DNA of 49,825 nt from Octopus sinensis. Its lineage: Eukaryota. The position numbers and the translations under genes are program-made. The notes beneath the pieces are model-generated. The model worked only from the letters and a program-made list of their open reading frames with translations. It was not told the origin of the DNA and did no database searches. The stretch is from positions 1-49,825 of the forward strand of contig NW_021834381.1 of assembly GCF_006345805.1 (NCBI RefSeq), read 5' to 3'. Shown piece by piece: positions 11,501-25,152 of the stretch (its first letter is position 1; the number at the start of each line of letters is the position of its first letter).

Positions 11501-13147
11501 ATAAACGATATTTATAGATAACTTACATTTCATTGCTATCATGTTAAACTGTTGTATGTCCAAATTTGGCCAAACTCATTTTTTTTTTTTTTAATATTTA
11601 ATTTTGCTTGTAATAGGTGGATCTTTTGGTTAAACTATTGTATCTCCAGCTGCTTCAGATGCCATGATATGGAAATTGCATAACAATTTAGCATTTTTCA
11701 AAAGTGCATAAGTCCCACATACGACAATTTTACAAAAATATTTCTGACTGAAAACATCATACATGCATGGAGTTACGATTCTTTGCACCCAACAAAGTAT
11801 TATCATTAAGCTGAAACTGTTGCTAAAGTAAAAAGAAACAGAATGGTGAAACTGGGTTTTTTTTTTTTTCTAAAAAAGCAACGTTTTGGACTTACAACCC
11901 TCTTGCATAATAGCAATGATTTGTTTAGAGTGTTTTCAGTAAAAATATAACTGATATTTAAAACTTAATATTTAATCATATGTGTGTGTGTGTGTTTATA
12001 TATATATATGATAGAAAGAGAAAACTAAAGAGAATTTATGCATTATTGTCTAAGTACCCTTTCATGGGTGTCTAGAGGCAGAAAGATTACAGAATGGATG
12101 AAATACATACAAACCTGGGAAACACGGATTCATAAATCATTTAATTATGATGTATTATATGTGTCTCAGTTATTAATTAATTGTGGATAATTTGTAGGAA
12201 AATTTGTAAAAAGAGAAAATTAATTGTAAAAACAAGAAAAGGAAATGTTTTCTCAAAATGGAAACTTCATCAGTTAACGTACCAAAGTAATTTCTTTAAA
12301 ATGAGTTTTCTAGTTTACAGTATGTTTGTGTGACTCATTTATGGCGAAATTTCCAACAAAAATTTTCCCATGGCAAAAATATTCACAGCAAATTTTCTGG
12401 ACATGCATAAACACACATTTCCTCAGCCCTTTATCATTCAGATTACTTTGTCAAGAGTCATGCTTATATTTTCACATTTTATAAAATTAATCCTGTATTA
12501 TCTCGTAGTTTTGAGATTTTGAAGATGAGATTTTTTATTTTTTTAATGATATTGCAGGATGAGTGCAAGAGGTGGGATCTGGCCAGTTTGAACATAAACC
12601 AGGTTGAATATGTGTGGGCTTGCCCTGTTTTAATGTTAAAGGGTGAAAGAGATGTCAGTAATCAAAATTCTAAAAACATACAAACTACCACACACACCAC
12701 ACACACACAGTTATTTTTCCATAACAAATTCCTACAAAGAAGAGATTTTTTTCACAAAACACCCCCATAAAAAGTCCCATTCATTAGAAATATAGCTAAT
12801 AAACATGGCTTTAATTACTTTTTCAAAATATTGTTTTAAAGAAAAATCATTCAGTTAAAAAAAAAGCCTTACACACCCATTAGAAAAGGTGGGGAAAGAA
12901 ACAAAAGTAAAGGAATAAATAAAAAATAAAAGAAACAAAAAAATAAAGAAATGCCCACTACCAACTTTGGAAGAAACTATAAGGAAATTAAAAAAACCTC
13001 CTCCACTTATAATTGCAAGAAATACTAGCACCACACCTCAAAAATAACAAATACAATAAGTAATAGACACGAAAAGCTTAACTAATGAACAAACACAAAC
13101 AGGAGACCACACAAATATATAACAGGTTAAACAGATGAATACAAAAC

Positions 13148-13545
13148 TGGATGCCCATGGGAACTACAATATGCTGATGATTTTGCTCTTATTGTAGATC
13201 TGAAGCAGAATTGGAGAAGTTCCAGATTTGGAAGCAAAACCTGAAATCAAAGGGCATTAAAGTTAATTTAGCTAAGATTAAAAGTTGTTAGTGAGAAAGG
13301 AGATAAGACTCTCATTCTGGCTGGCAAATGGTCCTCTTCAATATGTAAGAAAGGAGTGAGATGTAATTCCATTCGCTGCACCAAGTGTAAGCTATGGACG
13401 CATAAGAGATGCAGTGGAATCACGGGAAGATTATCAGACAAGGTTGCTTTCGTGTGTGGCAGATGCACAGGAACAGTAAGTACTAAGCGCGCAAGGGACT
13501 TAAACTCTCTCAAATACCCAGGAGGCTCTCTGAGGTAGATTACAC
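13148..13545 (+). mobile_element. RTE LINE internal fragment (RT YADD region plus Cys-rich cluster)
   Basis: ggatgcccatgggaacta..tatgctgatgat (CPWEL.YADD) and RCNSIRCTKCKLWTHKRCSGITGRL...FVCGRCTG. Confidence 0.75.
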
Positions 13546-13659
13546 GAGGAGCAGGTTCCAAGAGAGGTGAATTATAAACGAATAAATAACAACAGATGGA
13601 TATTGTGTCATTTCACTACAGCTGTTTCCAACAAGTTTTTAATTGATTAATGGAGACAT

Positions 13660-13980
13660 TAAGGGGTAAAGACCCCCTTCGGTCATGAATGACCATGGGA
13701 TTGCACCTAGAAAGTTACCCTCCTAGACACAAGTCCGGGCAAGGTTGTTTATGGAAGACCAGCAGTCGCCCATGCATACCAGCCTCCCCTCTCCATGCCA
13801 CCAGTGTTATCCAAGGGAAAGACAAAGGTTGATACAGCTTGGCACCTGTGACGTCGCAACTCATTTCTACAGCTGAGTGAACTGGAGCAACGTGAAATAA
13901 AGTACTTTGCTCAAGAACACAACACGCAGCCCAGTCCGGGATTCGAGCTCACAACCTCACGATCGTAAGCTCGACATTAC
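13660..13980 (-). mobile_element. tRNA-derived SINE with tgttcttgagcaa domain and a distinct tail
   Basis: Head and central domain shared with the 42170-42476 copy; tail ctaggtgcaatcccatggtcatt also occurs at about 8105-8128. Confidence 0.7.
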
Positions 13981-14324
13981 ATCAATAGAAAAAGCCGTTT
14001 GCATCAGGTGAGTACACAAACCCCAACATTCAAAAGCTAATAGAATGTGCACCTTCATGATTCTATGACCCTTGCTGGTCGCAAAATGAATTTGTTAGTG
14101 CATATGGATAGTATTATAGGAGAAGATAACGCAATGTCGTGTGTGGTGTACCTAGGATTTATAGCAATGATGGAAGTCAGAGAACGTTGTAGTGGGGCAT
14201 TGGACTGTGAAGCATCTCATCCCTACAATTAAGATAGAGTTAATTTAATTTATCTTTTAATTCAATTCAACAAGCAGTTTTAAGGTTCAAAACAAAAGAT
14301 AGGGTCACCCAGTTATTTATATAC

Positions 14325-14744
14325 TCTTTACTCTTTTACTTGTTTCAGTCCTTTGACTGTGGCCATGCTGGAGCACCGCCTTTAGTTGAGCAAATCGACC
14401 CCGGGGCTTATTCTTTGTAAGCCCAGTACTTATTCTATCGTTCTCTTTTGCCGAACCGCTAAGTGACGGGGACGTAAACACACCAGCATCGGTTGTCAAG
14501 CAATGCTAGGGGGACAAACACAGACAAACAAACACATACACACACACACACATATATAAATATATATATACATATATACGACAGGCTTCTTTCAGTTTCC
14601 GTCTACCAAATCCACTCACAAGGCATTGGTCGGCCCGGGGCTATAGCAGAAGACACTTGCCCAAGATGCCACGCAGTGGGACTGAACCCGAAACCATGTG
14701 GTTGGTTAGCAAGCTACTTACCACACAGCCACTCCTGCGCCTAT
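14325..14744 (-). mobile_element. SINE family A, full-length young copy
   Basis: ataggcgcaggagtggctgtgtgg head to (gtaaaaga)n tail; near-identical to the 27961, 18306 and 48408 copies. Confidence 0.88.
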
Positions 14745-15537
14745 ATATTTATTTATTTAACAGTCTTCCATATGCCCCCTTTATTCCCAGGAAGATATAG
14801 AACAGGGATGGAGAGTTTGAGATTCTGCAATAGGAGATGGGTATGAAACAAGAAGATTGGTCATCATATCAATAATTAGATAGATAAAAAAAGTATACAA
14901 TGAAAAGCATAGAATAAAATAAAATTATCAGAAAGCAAAAAGGCGAAAGATTATAATTAAAAATTATAATAAAAAATGGGGGTTATAATAAAAGGATTTA
15001 GGTGGTAGTAGAAGCGGAATTGATAGTAACTTTGAAAATAATATTGTAAGAATTACAACGATAAATAAAAAGTAATTAGAAATAGAATAATCGAATAAAT
15101 TTTAAAATAAAATAAAATAAGATATTCCAATAGAATGAGGTAGAATAGCAAGTAAAGGGTAAATTGGAAAAATAACAATAATAATAACAAACCAATCGTA
15201 GAATGAGAGAATATTAATAAGCAAAATTCTATAAATAAGTATAAGATTATGAGATGAATAAAAATATATGAAAATTAATTTATGACATAAAATTTAAAAT
15301 ATATATAATATAATATAATAAAAAATATCAAATACATGTATTAATCATAGTAAGATGATTTGCAATTAATTTTAGTAAGGTGTAAATTCAAAGTAGTATT
15401 ATTAGCATACGACAGTCTACACCCATATCAGCTGTTGGAATATGGTTGAGGTCTAAGAATTTAAGAATTATGTTTCTTATAATGTCAAACCAAATGTTAT
15501 TAACTTTATCTTTATTATTTCTAGGGTTTTGGGGATG

Positions 15538-15575
<38 letters not shown>

Positions 15576-15901
15576 CATTAAATTAGAGATAAAACCACTA
15601 TTAGGCAAATCAAACAGTGAAAAACATAAGCCAATACATAAAATTAATTTTAAAATATTAAAGTTAAAAATTAAAAAATTATTTATATAATTTAAACTTA
15701 TAAATTTTAAAATATATATATACAAATATATATATATATATATATGTATGTATATTTTTATATTTATATATTATTTTGTTTATTAATTTATTATTTATTA
15801 TTATTTAAAAAAAAATTTTTTTATTTATTTATTATTTTTTATATATAAATATCAAAAGTATTAAAAGTTTAATAAAGATAAAGAGTATTCCCTAATATCA
15901 T

Positions 15902-15972
<71 letters not shown>

Positions 15973-16017
15973 ATATTTATTATATAGAAGGAGCTTCTAC
16001 AGGACTAGAACTGTTTC

Positions 16018-16065
16018 ATTCAAGAGAAATCTTCAGGAAGCGCTTCCTGAAGATTTCTCTTGAAT
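16018..16065. repeat. Perfect 48-bp palindrome
   Basis: attcaagagaaatcttcaggaagc|gcttcctgaagatttctcttgaat. Confidence 0.95.
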
Positions 16066-16135
16066 AAATTAATTTTACTCTGCTATGTATTGAGTACCTT
16101 ATTTACTGTGGTTAACCCCGAATCAACCCGGGACC

Positions 16136-16200
<65 letters not shown>

Positions 16201-16209
16201 TTATATATA

Positions 16210-16377
16210 TAAGCAATTAAGGGTTTAGCAACGAATTGCCTTACCGCACACCGAATTTAGAAATAGCAGTCAAAGAGATTATAGCTATTTCTTCTACTAA
16301 AAGGGAGATCTCTTTGACTGCTATTTCTAAATTCGGTGTGCGGTAAGGCAATTCGTTGCTAAACCCTTAATTGCTTA
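16210..16377. repeat. Perfect 70-bp inverted repeat with 28-nt spacer
   Basis: Arms 16210-16279 and 16308-16377 are exact reverse complements by eye. Confidence 0.93.
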
Positions 16378-16730
16378 GTATTACTTAAATTTTCCTCGAA
16401 TGAGGCTTTTACATGCCGAAGACTACTTGGTGTAATTGATAATTATTCCAAATTAATTAATTTCACCCTTCATTGTTACTTATATTTATATATATATATG
16501 TTGTCATATTTTATGAAAAATAAATAATATTTTATAAATTGCCTCTCCATTTTCTAATTCTTTAAATATATGAATATATGAACCATGGTTTATATAGTTA
16601 CCTTATAGTTGAACTTTCAATGGATTGGTAACTAATTAGTTTTTCATTGGATTTTATCATCCCTTAATGAGGTTTATGACTTTTATTTGAATTTATATAT
16701 ATATACATGTTATATATACATATATATATG

Positions 16731-16788
<58 letters not shown>

Positions 16789-17050
16789 ATATATATATAG
16801 TTGCAATTTACAAAAAAAACAAAAGATGAAGACAGGTGTATGAACAACAAACAGGTGTATAATTTGATGCTCAAAAAGTGAGAAAGTCGTTTACATTCGA
16901 GTCTACACTCTTCAACAGAAACGAACAAGAGAAAATAAACAGAGAGCGAATAAAAGAATGCTTTAGTAGCTAGCAGTCGATCATGGTGGCTGATATGTAT
17001 ATATTTCATATATATATGTGTATGTATACATACATACATACATACATACA

Positions 17051-17123
<73 letters not shown>

Positions 17124-17430
17124 CTAGCAGGATCGCCCGGCGTTGCTCGGGTTTGTAAGGGAAATATCTATATAAGCATTTTTAGAGAGTTACTTCCCTT
17201 ATATAACCCGAGCAAAAATCATTAAAAATGCGGAAAAGTTATGGTAAATTTTTTTTTAAATCGTAGATTCATCATAGACGTGCGCTAATACCCAGAAGGG
17301 CTCGATATGAATGACGACTATAAGATACCCGCTTTTGGTTAAACTGCACTGCAAAATGTGAGAGTAGTTAGGAATCTAAATCGGAGGAGACAGAGTCTCA
17401 CACACACAACTTCAATTTTATATATAAAGA
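17124..17430 (-). mobile_element. Non-autonomous Helitron, 307 bp, intact ends
   Basis: Minus strand A|TCTTTATATATAAAA ... CCCGAGCAACGCCGGG hairpin ... CTAG|T. Confidence 0.85.
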
Positions 17431-17673
17431 TTATATAATATATAAGTATAACATATATATAACACATACCTACATACACCACACACACACATATGTGTGT
17501 GTGAGTGTGTGTGTGTGTATACACATATGTATTCAAGTATTTGGATTGTTATTCTACAATACATTGGTTTAATAACTGTTATTTACATAATAATTATTTG
17601 ACATGACAAGTAAATTTCATAGGGTTTTTCTTTAAAATGTTCTATTTGAATATATTTGCAATTTTTTTTCTTT

Positions 17674-17709
<36 letters not shown>

Positions 17710-17914
17710 AACCAGATTCACAATAAGGTCAAGGGAATTAATTAACACCACTCAACACCTGCAAAAGTCAACAGACGTTCCAATGCACATGATGCAAAAT
17801 GACATGCAAAGAGCTGGCTTTGCAGTCAGACATTTCATATTGGCACAAAAAACTCTAAGTGGTTTTATCAACAGCACCAGACCCACTTGCAGAAACAGAA
17901 CAGCTACAGTAACG

Positions 17915-18010
<96 letters not shown>

Positions 18011-18305
18011 AATACTACTACTTCATTAACAACTATGCATAATTAAATTTCACTGACCATGTGCCTGAATGTAGTCTCCTTGGCCAATTCTGTTAGTTAA
18101 GCTGAAATTACTTCTGGGCTTCCATCTTGGAAATGATAGCAGAATGGATGAAGTTAGAAATGGAACTTTTGCATGAGATTGTATTGTTGAAGATTCCATC
18201 ATCCTGGCTAAGAATTCATTCAGTAGCAGACAACGTGTAAACTAATTTATCTTTGTCTTCCGAAAAGAAGCCTTTTCTGTACCCTCAAAATACTAATTTC
18301 GGACA

Positions 18306-18703
18306 GCAGGAGTGGCTGTGTGGTAAGTAGCTTGCTAACCAGCCACATGGTTCCGGGTTCAGTCCCACTGCATGGCATCTTGGGCAAGTGTCTTCTGCTA
18401 TAGCCCCGGGCCAACCAAAGCTTTGTGAGTGGATTTGGTAGACAGAAACTGAAAGAAGCCTGTCGTATATATGTATGTGTGCGTATGTGTTTGTGTGTCT
18501 GTGTTTGTACCCCTAGCATTGCTTGACAACCGATGCTGGTGTGTTTACGTCCCTGTCACTTAGCGGTTCGGCAGAAGAGACCGATAGAATAAGTACTGGG
18601 CTTACAAAGAATAAGTCCCGGGGTCGATTTGCTCAACTAAAGGCGGTGCTCCAGCATGGCCACAGTCAAATGACTGAAACATGTAAAAGAGAGTAAAAGA
18701 GAG
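18306..18703 (+). mobile_element. SINE family A, full-length
   Basis: Same head, body and tail as the 14325 copy. Confidence 0.85.
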
Positions 18704-19088
18704 CAGTTACAGGTAACTGCACCAGTATTCTATATATATAGAAAATGCGGTGTCTGCCTGCTCTTTGGGATAGAGGCCCAGTTACAAGCAGGGATTGCAT
18801 GTGAAACAACTGTTCATTAGCTGGTGCCTCAGTACTTGGAAGAGCACAGTTCAAATGGTTGAGCCAAAAGTATAGCAACTAATATTGATCTCTGGCTTCT
18901 TGCCACCAATGAGAAGTAATATCAATTAGTGTGAAGGTCTCATGTATTGAGAGATGGCATGTGGTCAGTAAGAGTAAGGACTCTCAAGATCATATGGTCT
19001 AGTAAGCCCCCCACTGGTGCCATTCCAAATTGTGGTCTGTTGTGGGTGCTAAATGAAGGCTGTAAGACTATTGGTACAGAGCAGAAAT

Positions 19089-19477
19089 GTGGAGGCGCAA
19101 TGGCCCAGTGGTTAGGGCAGCAGACTCGCGGTCATAGGATCGCGGTTTCGATTCCCAGACCGGGCGTTGTGAGTGTTTATTGAGCGAAAACACCTAAAAG
19201 TTCCACGAGGCTCCGGCAGGGGATGGTGGTGATCCCTGCTGTACTCTTTCACCACAACTTTCTCTCACTCTTACTTCCTGTTTCTGTTGTACCTGTATTT
19301 CAAAGGTCCAGCCTTGTCACTTTCTGTGTCACGCTGAATATCCCCGAGAACTACGTTAAGGGTACACGTGTCTCTGGAGTGCTCAGCCACTTACACGTTA
19401 ATTTCATGAGCAGGCTGTTCCATTGATTCGGATCAACCGGAACCCTCGTCGTCGTAACCGACGGAGTGCTTCCATCC
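19089..19477 (+). mobile_element. SINE family C, full-length with 13-bp TSD
   Basis: tRNA-like head gtggaggcgcaatggcccagtggttaggg...ggtttcgattccc; TSD acagagcagaaat at 19076-19088 and 19478-19490. Confidence 0.9.
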
Positions 19478-20029
19478 ACAGAGCAGAAATGCCCAGTATG
19501 TGCACATATGGCAGCAAAAATCCACTTGTGGGATTTCTACTTTAAGAAAATTTAGAGCCATCAAGAGAGAGAGATGAAAGAAAAGAAACCAAATGAAAAA
19601 GAAATGGGCTGAAGTTAACAAGAGCCACCTCCACAGGTTGTGGCCTCAATGCCATAAAGAACTGTTGAAACCACGTCGTCAGTCCCAGAACTCAACAAAC
19701 AGTTGCTCTCACCTTCCAGTGAGACCCGTCATCATGTTTTTACAGACAAATTATAAGATTTTTTTTTTGTTTTTGTATAATGGAAAACGCAGTAATGTCT
19801 TGTCAATGACAAACTGTAAATGAAAAATGCTAAATAACAAACAGACAAAAATGAGTGAATAAAAAAAAAAAAATACATCAAGATGCAATTTGCAATTCTA
19901 CAAGCTACAACACAAGTAAAACTAATTTTGATAATTTGCACTGGTGCAACAATAACAACAACAACAGCAGCAGCAGCAGCAGCAACAACAACAACAACAA
20001 CAACAATCTTTTCTACTATAGGAACAAGG

Positions 20030-20224
20030 CCTGAAATATTTTTGGGGGGAAGGGGACAAGTTGATTACATTGACCCCAGTGTTTCACTGGTACTTAATTT
20101 ATCAACCCTGAAAGGATGAAAGACATCGTCAACCTCGGCGATATTTGAACTCAGAATGTAAAGACTGACCAAATGCTGCTAAACAATTCGCCCGGCATGC
20201 TAACGATTCTACCAGCTCGCCTCC

Positions 20225-20225
<1 letters not shown>
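20030..20225 (-). mobile_element. SINE family B (other minus-strand copies at about 39830-40030, 40375-40510 and 40745-40940; plus-strand 5' part at 48100-48212)
   Basis: ctggtacttaatttatcaaccctgaaaggatgaaag central domain and head. Confidence 0.75.
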
Positions 20226-20264
<39 letters not shown>

Positions 20265-20448
20265 TAAAAATAATAATAATAATAATAATGCGCTGTTTAC
20301 CTTGATATGAGATCACCATGTCGCGCACATATGGTTGTGATGCATGTGCCTGGTGTACCCTTATCAGACGGGTAGTCATGATGGGTATATTGGGCTTCGC
20401 ATATTTTACCCCAGTGTCACTTTGATGGCATGAACTGCTCTCTCACTC

Positions 20449-20501
<53 letters not shown>

Positions 20502-20962
20502 TAATAAATGTCCTGATGCAGTACCAGGCAGTGGCTCTCATGGCTTCTGATCTTAACTGAAATTACTGGCATTGTGCCAAAGTTTGAAACTAATATTATG
20601 TTCTGATTATGCCCACACTTAAACATGTTCCCTATGAGACCTGTGTGATTTTTTTGTGTGCAACTTGCAGAGGCCACATGATGTGAGACACATACCATAA
20701 AGAAGCAATACATGTGTGTGTGTGAGTGCACGTGCGTGTGTGTGCATGTGTGTGTGTGTTTTAAACACATAGGTGCAAAAAAAGCTGGTAAAAATAGCAC
20801 TCAAATACCAAAATGTAGGGTGAAATACTTCTTTTATTAAAGTCGAAAATATTTTCACAAACTGTTACTCAGAGTTTTATGTGACCGTTCACCAGACACT
20901 TGTGATGTCACAACTGTTTTATCACTGCTGCTTGATGAATAGTCATATGAAGCTCTGAGTAA

Positions 20963-21595
20963 CATCATCATCATTTCACGTCCATCGTCCATGCTGGCAT
21001 GGGTTGGACGGTTTGACCAGGGCTGATAAGCTGAAGGGCTGCACCAGACTCCAGTCTGATTTAGCATGCTTTCTATGACTGGATGTCTTTTCTAACACAA
21101 AGAACTCCAAGAGTGTAATGGGCACTTTTATGTGCCACCAGCACTGGTACCAGTTGCGTGACTCCAATATCTGCCATCACTACAATTTCACTTGGCTCGA
21201 TGGGTCTTCTTCTCAAGCACAGCATATTGCCAAAGGTCTCAGTCATTTGTCAATGCCTCTGTGAGGCCTAACATTCAAAAATTGCTTTTTACGTGCCACT
21301 AGCACAGGTGCCAGTTACGTGACACTAGCATCATCCACATTGCCTTCATGAGGCCCAATGCTTGACAGGTGCTGTTCACATGCCACCAGCAAGGGTGACA
21401 GTTGCCTTCATGAGGCTCAACATTCAAAGGCACTTTTTACGTGCCACCAGCATTGGTGCCAGTTACTTGGGTCCGGCATCGGCCACAACTATGATTTCAC
21501 TTGGCTTGACAGGCCTTCTCAAGCATAGCATATCGCCAATGGTCTTGGTCACTAGTTATTGCTTCTGTGAGGCCCAATGTTCAAAGCTCATGCTA
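20963..21595 (-). mobile_element. RTE 3' end with degenerate tandem units
   Basis: (CAT)n tail, ccatgctggcatgggttggacgg motif and repeated ttttacgtgccac units. Confidence 0.7.
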
Positions 21596-21777
21596 AAAAT
21601 TTGTGAAAAATTTTTTGGCTTTAATAAAATAGTATATATACGGAGCAAATAATCCATGAGAATAAAATAATTCATGAAAAAATAATTTGCGAAGATACCA
21701 CTGACTCTGTTATTATCTGATGTAACAAATGTAAAAATGATAATAACAAGATCAATAATATAGGCAATTGCAGGCCC

Positions 21778-21810
<33 letters not shown>

Positions 21811-21813
<3 letters not shown>

Positions 21814-22725
21814 TTTGGCCTTACCATCGGCCTGAAAAAGACAGAGATCATGGGCCAGGACATCGGAGGGGTCCCCAGCATCAGTGTCGGTGACCACAGC
21901 TTGCAGGTGGTGAACGAGTTCACTTACCTGGGATCGACAGTCTCCAGCAACCTGTCCCTCGAGCCGGAGCTGAACAGATGGATTGGGAAGGCTGCTGCTG
22001 CCATGGCTAAGCTCTCCAGGAGAGTGTGGGAAAACAACATGCTCACAATAACCACCAAGATCGCAGTGTACCGAGCCTGCGTGCTGAGCACCCTACTCTA
22101 CGGCAGCGAGAGCTGGACAACATACACCCGGCAAGAATGCCGCCTCAGCGGCTTCCACATGCGGTGTCTTCGACGGATCCTTGGCATCTCCTGGAAGGAC
22201 TGAGTACCAAACGGAGTCATCCTAGAATAGACTAATATGCCAAGCATGCATGCCCTCCTCGTGCGGAGACGACTGCGCTGGCTCGGACATGTCTGCCACA
22301 TGCAGGACGGTCGCATGCCTAAAGACATCCTGTACAGCGAACTCACCACGGGATCCCGACCCAAGGGACGTCCATAGCTACGATACAGGGATGTGTGCAA
22401 GCGCGACCTGAGGACTGCCAACATCTGTGTGGACACGTGGGAGGTAACAGCTGCTGACCGCTCTGCCTGGCGTCGGACAGTGAGGAAAGGCGTTTCCATG
22501 GCTGAGGAAAGGAGAGCACAGCTGTGGTCGGACAGGTGGGACAGGAGGAGGACAACTGCAGCAACACCCCACACGTACCCATCGATGTTCGTGTGCAGCA
22601 ACTGTACCAGGGACTGCCACTCTAGAATTGGACTGTTCAGTCACAGCAGACGCTGCTCATCATCAAAGTAGGCCCCACCCTTGGCGCGACCCATTGTCTA
22701 TCAAGACAGATGGGAGAAAGAAGAA
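21811..22725 (+). mobile_element. BovB-like RTE LINE, 5'-truncated 3' portion of ORF2 with 3'UTR
   Basis: FTYLGSTVSSNLSLEPELN...YRACVLSTLLYGSESWT...RRILGISWKD, RRRLRWLGHV, and terminal C2H2-like FVCSNCTRDCHSRIGLFSHSRRC; a few in-frame stops. Confidence 0.88.
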
Positions 22726-23419
22726 TATATATATAGGGATGGCATTATTAAAATACATCACAAGTGGCTGCGAATTATCAGCTGTACAGGCAAATTAATA
22801 AAATATATACATAAAATATTAGATATGTACAAATATATACAAGGGCACTACATAAGCACCTACATCGCTAAAATAGAAGTAAAAAATAAACTAAAAGTAC
22901 TACGGTTGATTCATTCGATTAAAAATTCTTCAAGGCAGTGCCCCAGCATGGCCGCAGACTAACGATTAAAACAAGTAAAAAAAATAGAAGACAAAAGCTA
23001 AGTCATGTATGCAACAGAGAAAAGCAGTCTGAGGAACCACAGTGACACAGAACATCCAGGAAGGACCAAAGAGCCATGCATTAGATGTCCAACAAAATAG
23101 CACAGTTCTTACATCGTGTATCCTTGGGAAAAACTGGTAAATACTAAAGAGACACCAGGAATTGTACAACAAAGTCAAACCAAGGTTATGGGAATTTTTA
23201 TGTTTTACGTACCGAAAATGCAGAACTGCACACAACTCAGGAATGCAGAGGTGCAGAAGAAGGATCCTGCATGAAACTGTTGGAAACACAATGACAAAGA
23301 TGATGATGGTCATGATGGTGATGATGAGCAACAATGGTAATTTTATAGATTTTTGAGAAAATGTGAAATAATTTTGTCATTTGGAATAATGCTATTGAAG
23401 TACATCAACATAATAACGG

Positions 23420-23427
23420 TAATAACA

Positions 23428-23463
<36 letters not shown>

Positions 23464-23550
23464 GTGATGGTGGTGGTGGTGGTGGTGGTGGTGGTGGTGG
23501 TGGTGGTAGTGGTGGTGGTGGTGGTGGTTGTGATGATGATGATGATAATT
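23420..23550. repeat. Compound (ATG)n-(GTG)n microsatellite, representative of many SSRs in the window
   Basis: Also (ACT)n(AAT)n at about 17920-18020, (GAT)n at about 26970-27035, (GTA)n at about 41683-41740, (CT)n at about 44185-44281 and many (TA)n, (CA)n and (TACA)n tracts. Confidence 0.95.
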
Positions 23551-24090
23551 TAATTGATGCAGTACCAGGTAGTGGCTCTTATGGCTTTTGATTTTAACTG
23601 ACTGGAAGTGTTATCATCTACATTGTTTTGTCTTGATTTTTAAAAGATGGCCTACAGCAAATATTCTACTCAATACCACAGATTTGCTTGTCAGTTGCTT
23701 GACCTTAACTTGTTGACCATGTCCCTTAGTGTCTGACGATATGTGCATATCTGATCACGAGCAGAAGTAGTGGGGGAGCATCATAGCTATGTGTTGAGAA
23801 GAATTCTTTGAGGTTTGAATGTTTTACCTCTGGAAACATATGTGTTTCATTTCAATATCCTTAAACAACCCTCATTCAGGGACTTTTTGAACAGGACGGA
23901 CTACTCAACCGAGGAAAACTCTTACTGGGTCCACCTGTAAGGTTATGTGCTGTTTATCTTGATATGAGATCACCATGTTGCACAAATATGGTTGTAATGC
24001 ATGTGCCTGATGTACCCTTATCAGACAGGTAGTTATAATGGATATATTGGGTTTCGTATATTTTACCCCAATGTCACTTTAATGGCATTC

Positions 24091-24124
<34 letters not shown>

Positions 24125-25152
24125 TAATAATAATAATCATGTACTTTTTTTGTCTTGGTATAAAAGATGGGCTACAGCAAATATTCTACTCATACCACAG
24201 ATTTGCTTGTCAGTTGCTTGACCTTAACTTGTTGACCATGTCCCTTAGTGTCTGACGATATGTGCATATCTGATCACGAGCAGAAGTAGTGGGGGAGCAT
24301 CATAGCTATGTGTTGAGAAGAATTCTTTGAGGTTTGGAATGTTTTACCTCTGGAAACATATGTGTTTCATTTCAATATCCTAAACAACCCTCATTCAGGG
24401 ACTTTTTGAACAGGACGACTACTCAACCGAGGAAAACTCTTACTTACTGGTCCCACCTGTAAGGTTATGTGCTGTTTATCTGATATGAGATCACCATGTT
24501 GCAACAAATATGGTTGTAATGCATGTGCCTGATGTACCCTTATCAGACAGGTAGTTTTAATGGATATATTGGGTTCGTATATTTACAATGTCACTTTAAT
24601 GGCATTCAATAATAATAAAATACAATAATAATAATATAATAATAATAATCATGTACATTGTTTTGTCTTATAAAAGATGGGCTACAGCAATATTCTGCTC
24701 AATACCACAGATTTGCTTGTCAGTTGTTTGACCTAACCCGTTGAGCATGTCCCTTAGTGGCTGACGATATGTGCATCTCTGATCACGAGCAGAAGAGTGG
24801 GGGAGCATCATAGCCATGTGGTTTGAGAGGGATTCCTTGGAGTTTGAATAGTTCACCTCTGGAAACATGGGTGGTTCTTTCAACATCCTTAAAAACCCTT
24901 ATTTAGGACCGTTTGAGCGGGATGGGCTACTCAACCTAAGAAAATTCTAACTGGCCCCACCTGCAAGGTCATGTGCTGTTTATCTTGATATGAGATCACC
25001 ATGTCGCGCACATATGGTTGTGATGCATGTGCCTGGTGTACCTTTATCAGACGGGTAGTCATGATGGGTATATTGGGCTTCGTATATTTTACCCCAGTGT
25101 CACTTTGATGGCATGAACTGCTCTCTCACTCAATAATAATAATAATAATAAT
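23548..25152. repeat. Three tandem copies of an approximately 510-530-bp interspersed repeat with (AAT)n tail
   Basis: Units begin near 23613, 24137 and 24648; the same element's 3' part occurs at about 20290-20450. Confidence 0.85.

Noticed and set aside
14780-15540. Very AT-rich, strand-skewed stretch resembling a NUMT
   Set aside because: No recognisable mitochondrial gene motifs in any frame; faint Penelope-like peptides (NIWF, RLSY) are too weak to call.
16395-16430. GAATGA-GGC..GCC-GAAG hammerhead-like string
   Set aside because: Both core segments deviate and stems I and III are missing.
19089-19160. tRNA genes at SINE heads
   Set aside because: A/B-box-like heads continue into SINE bodies with TSDs; they are not standalone tRNAs.
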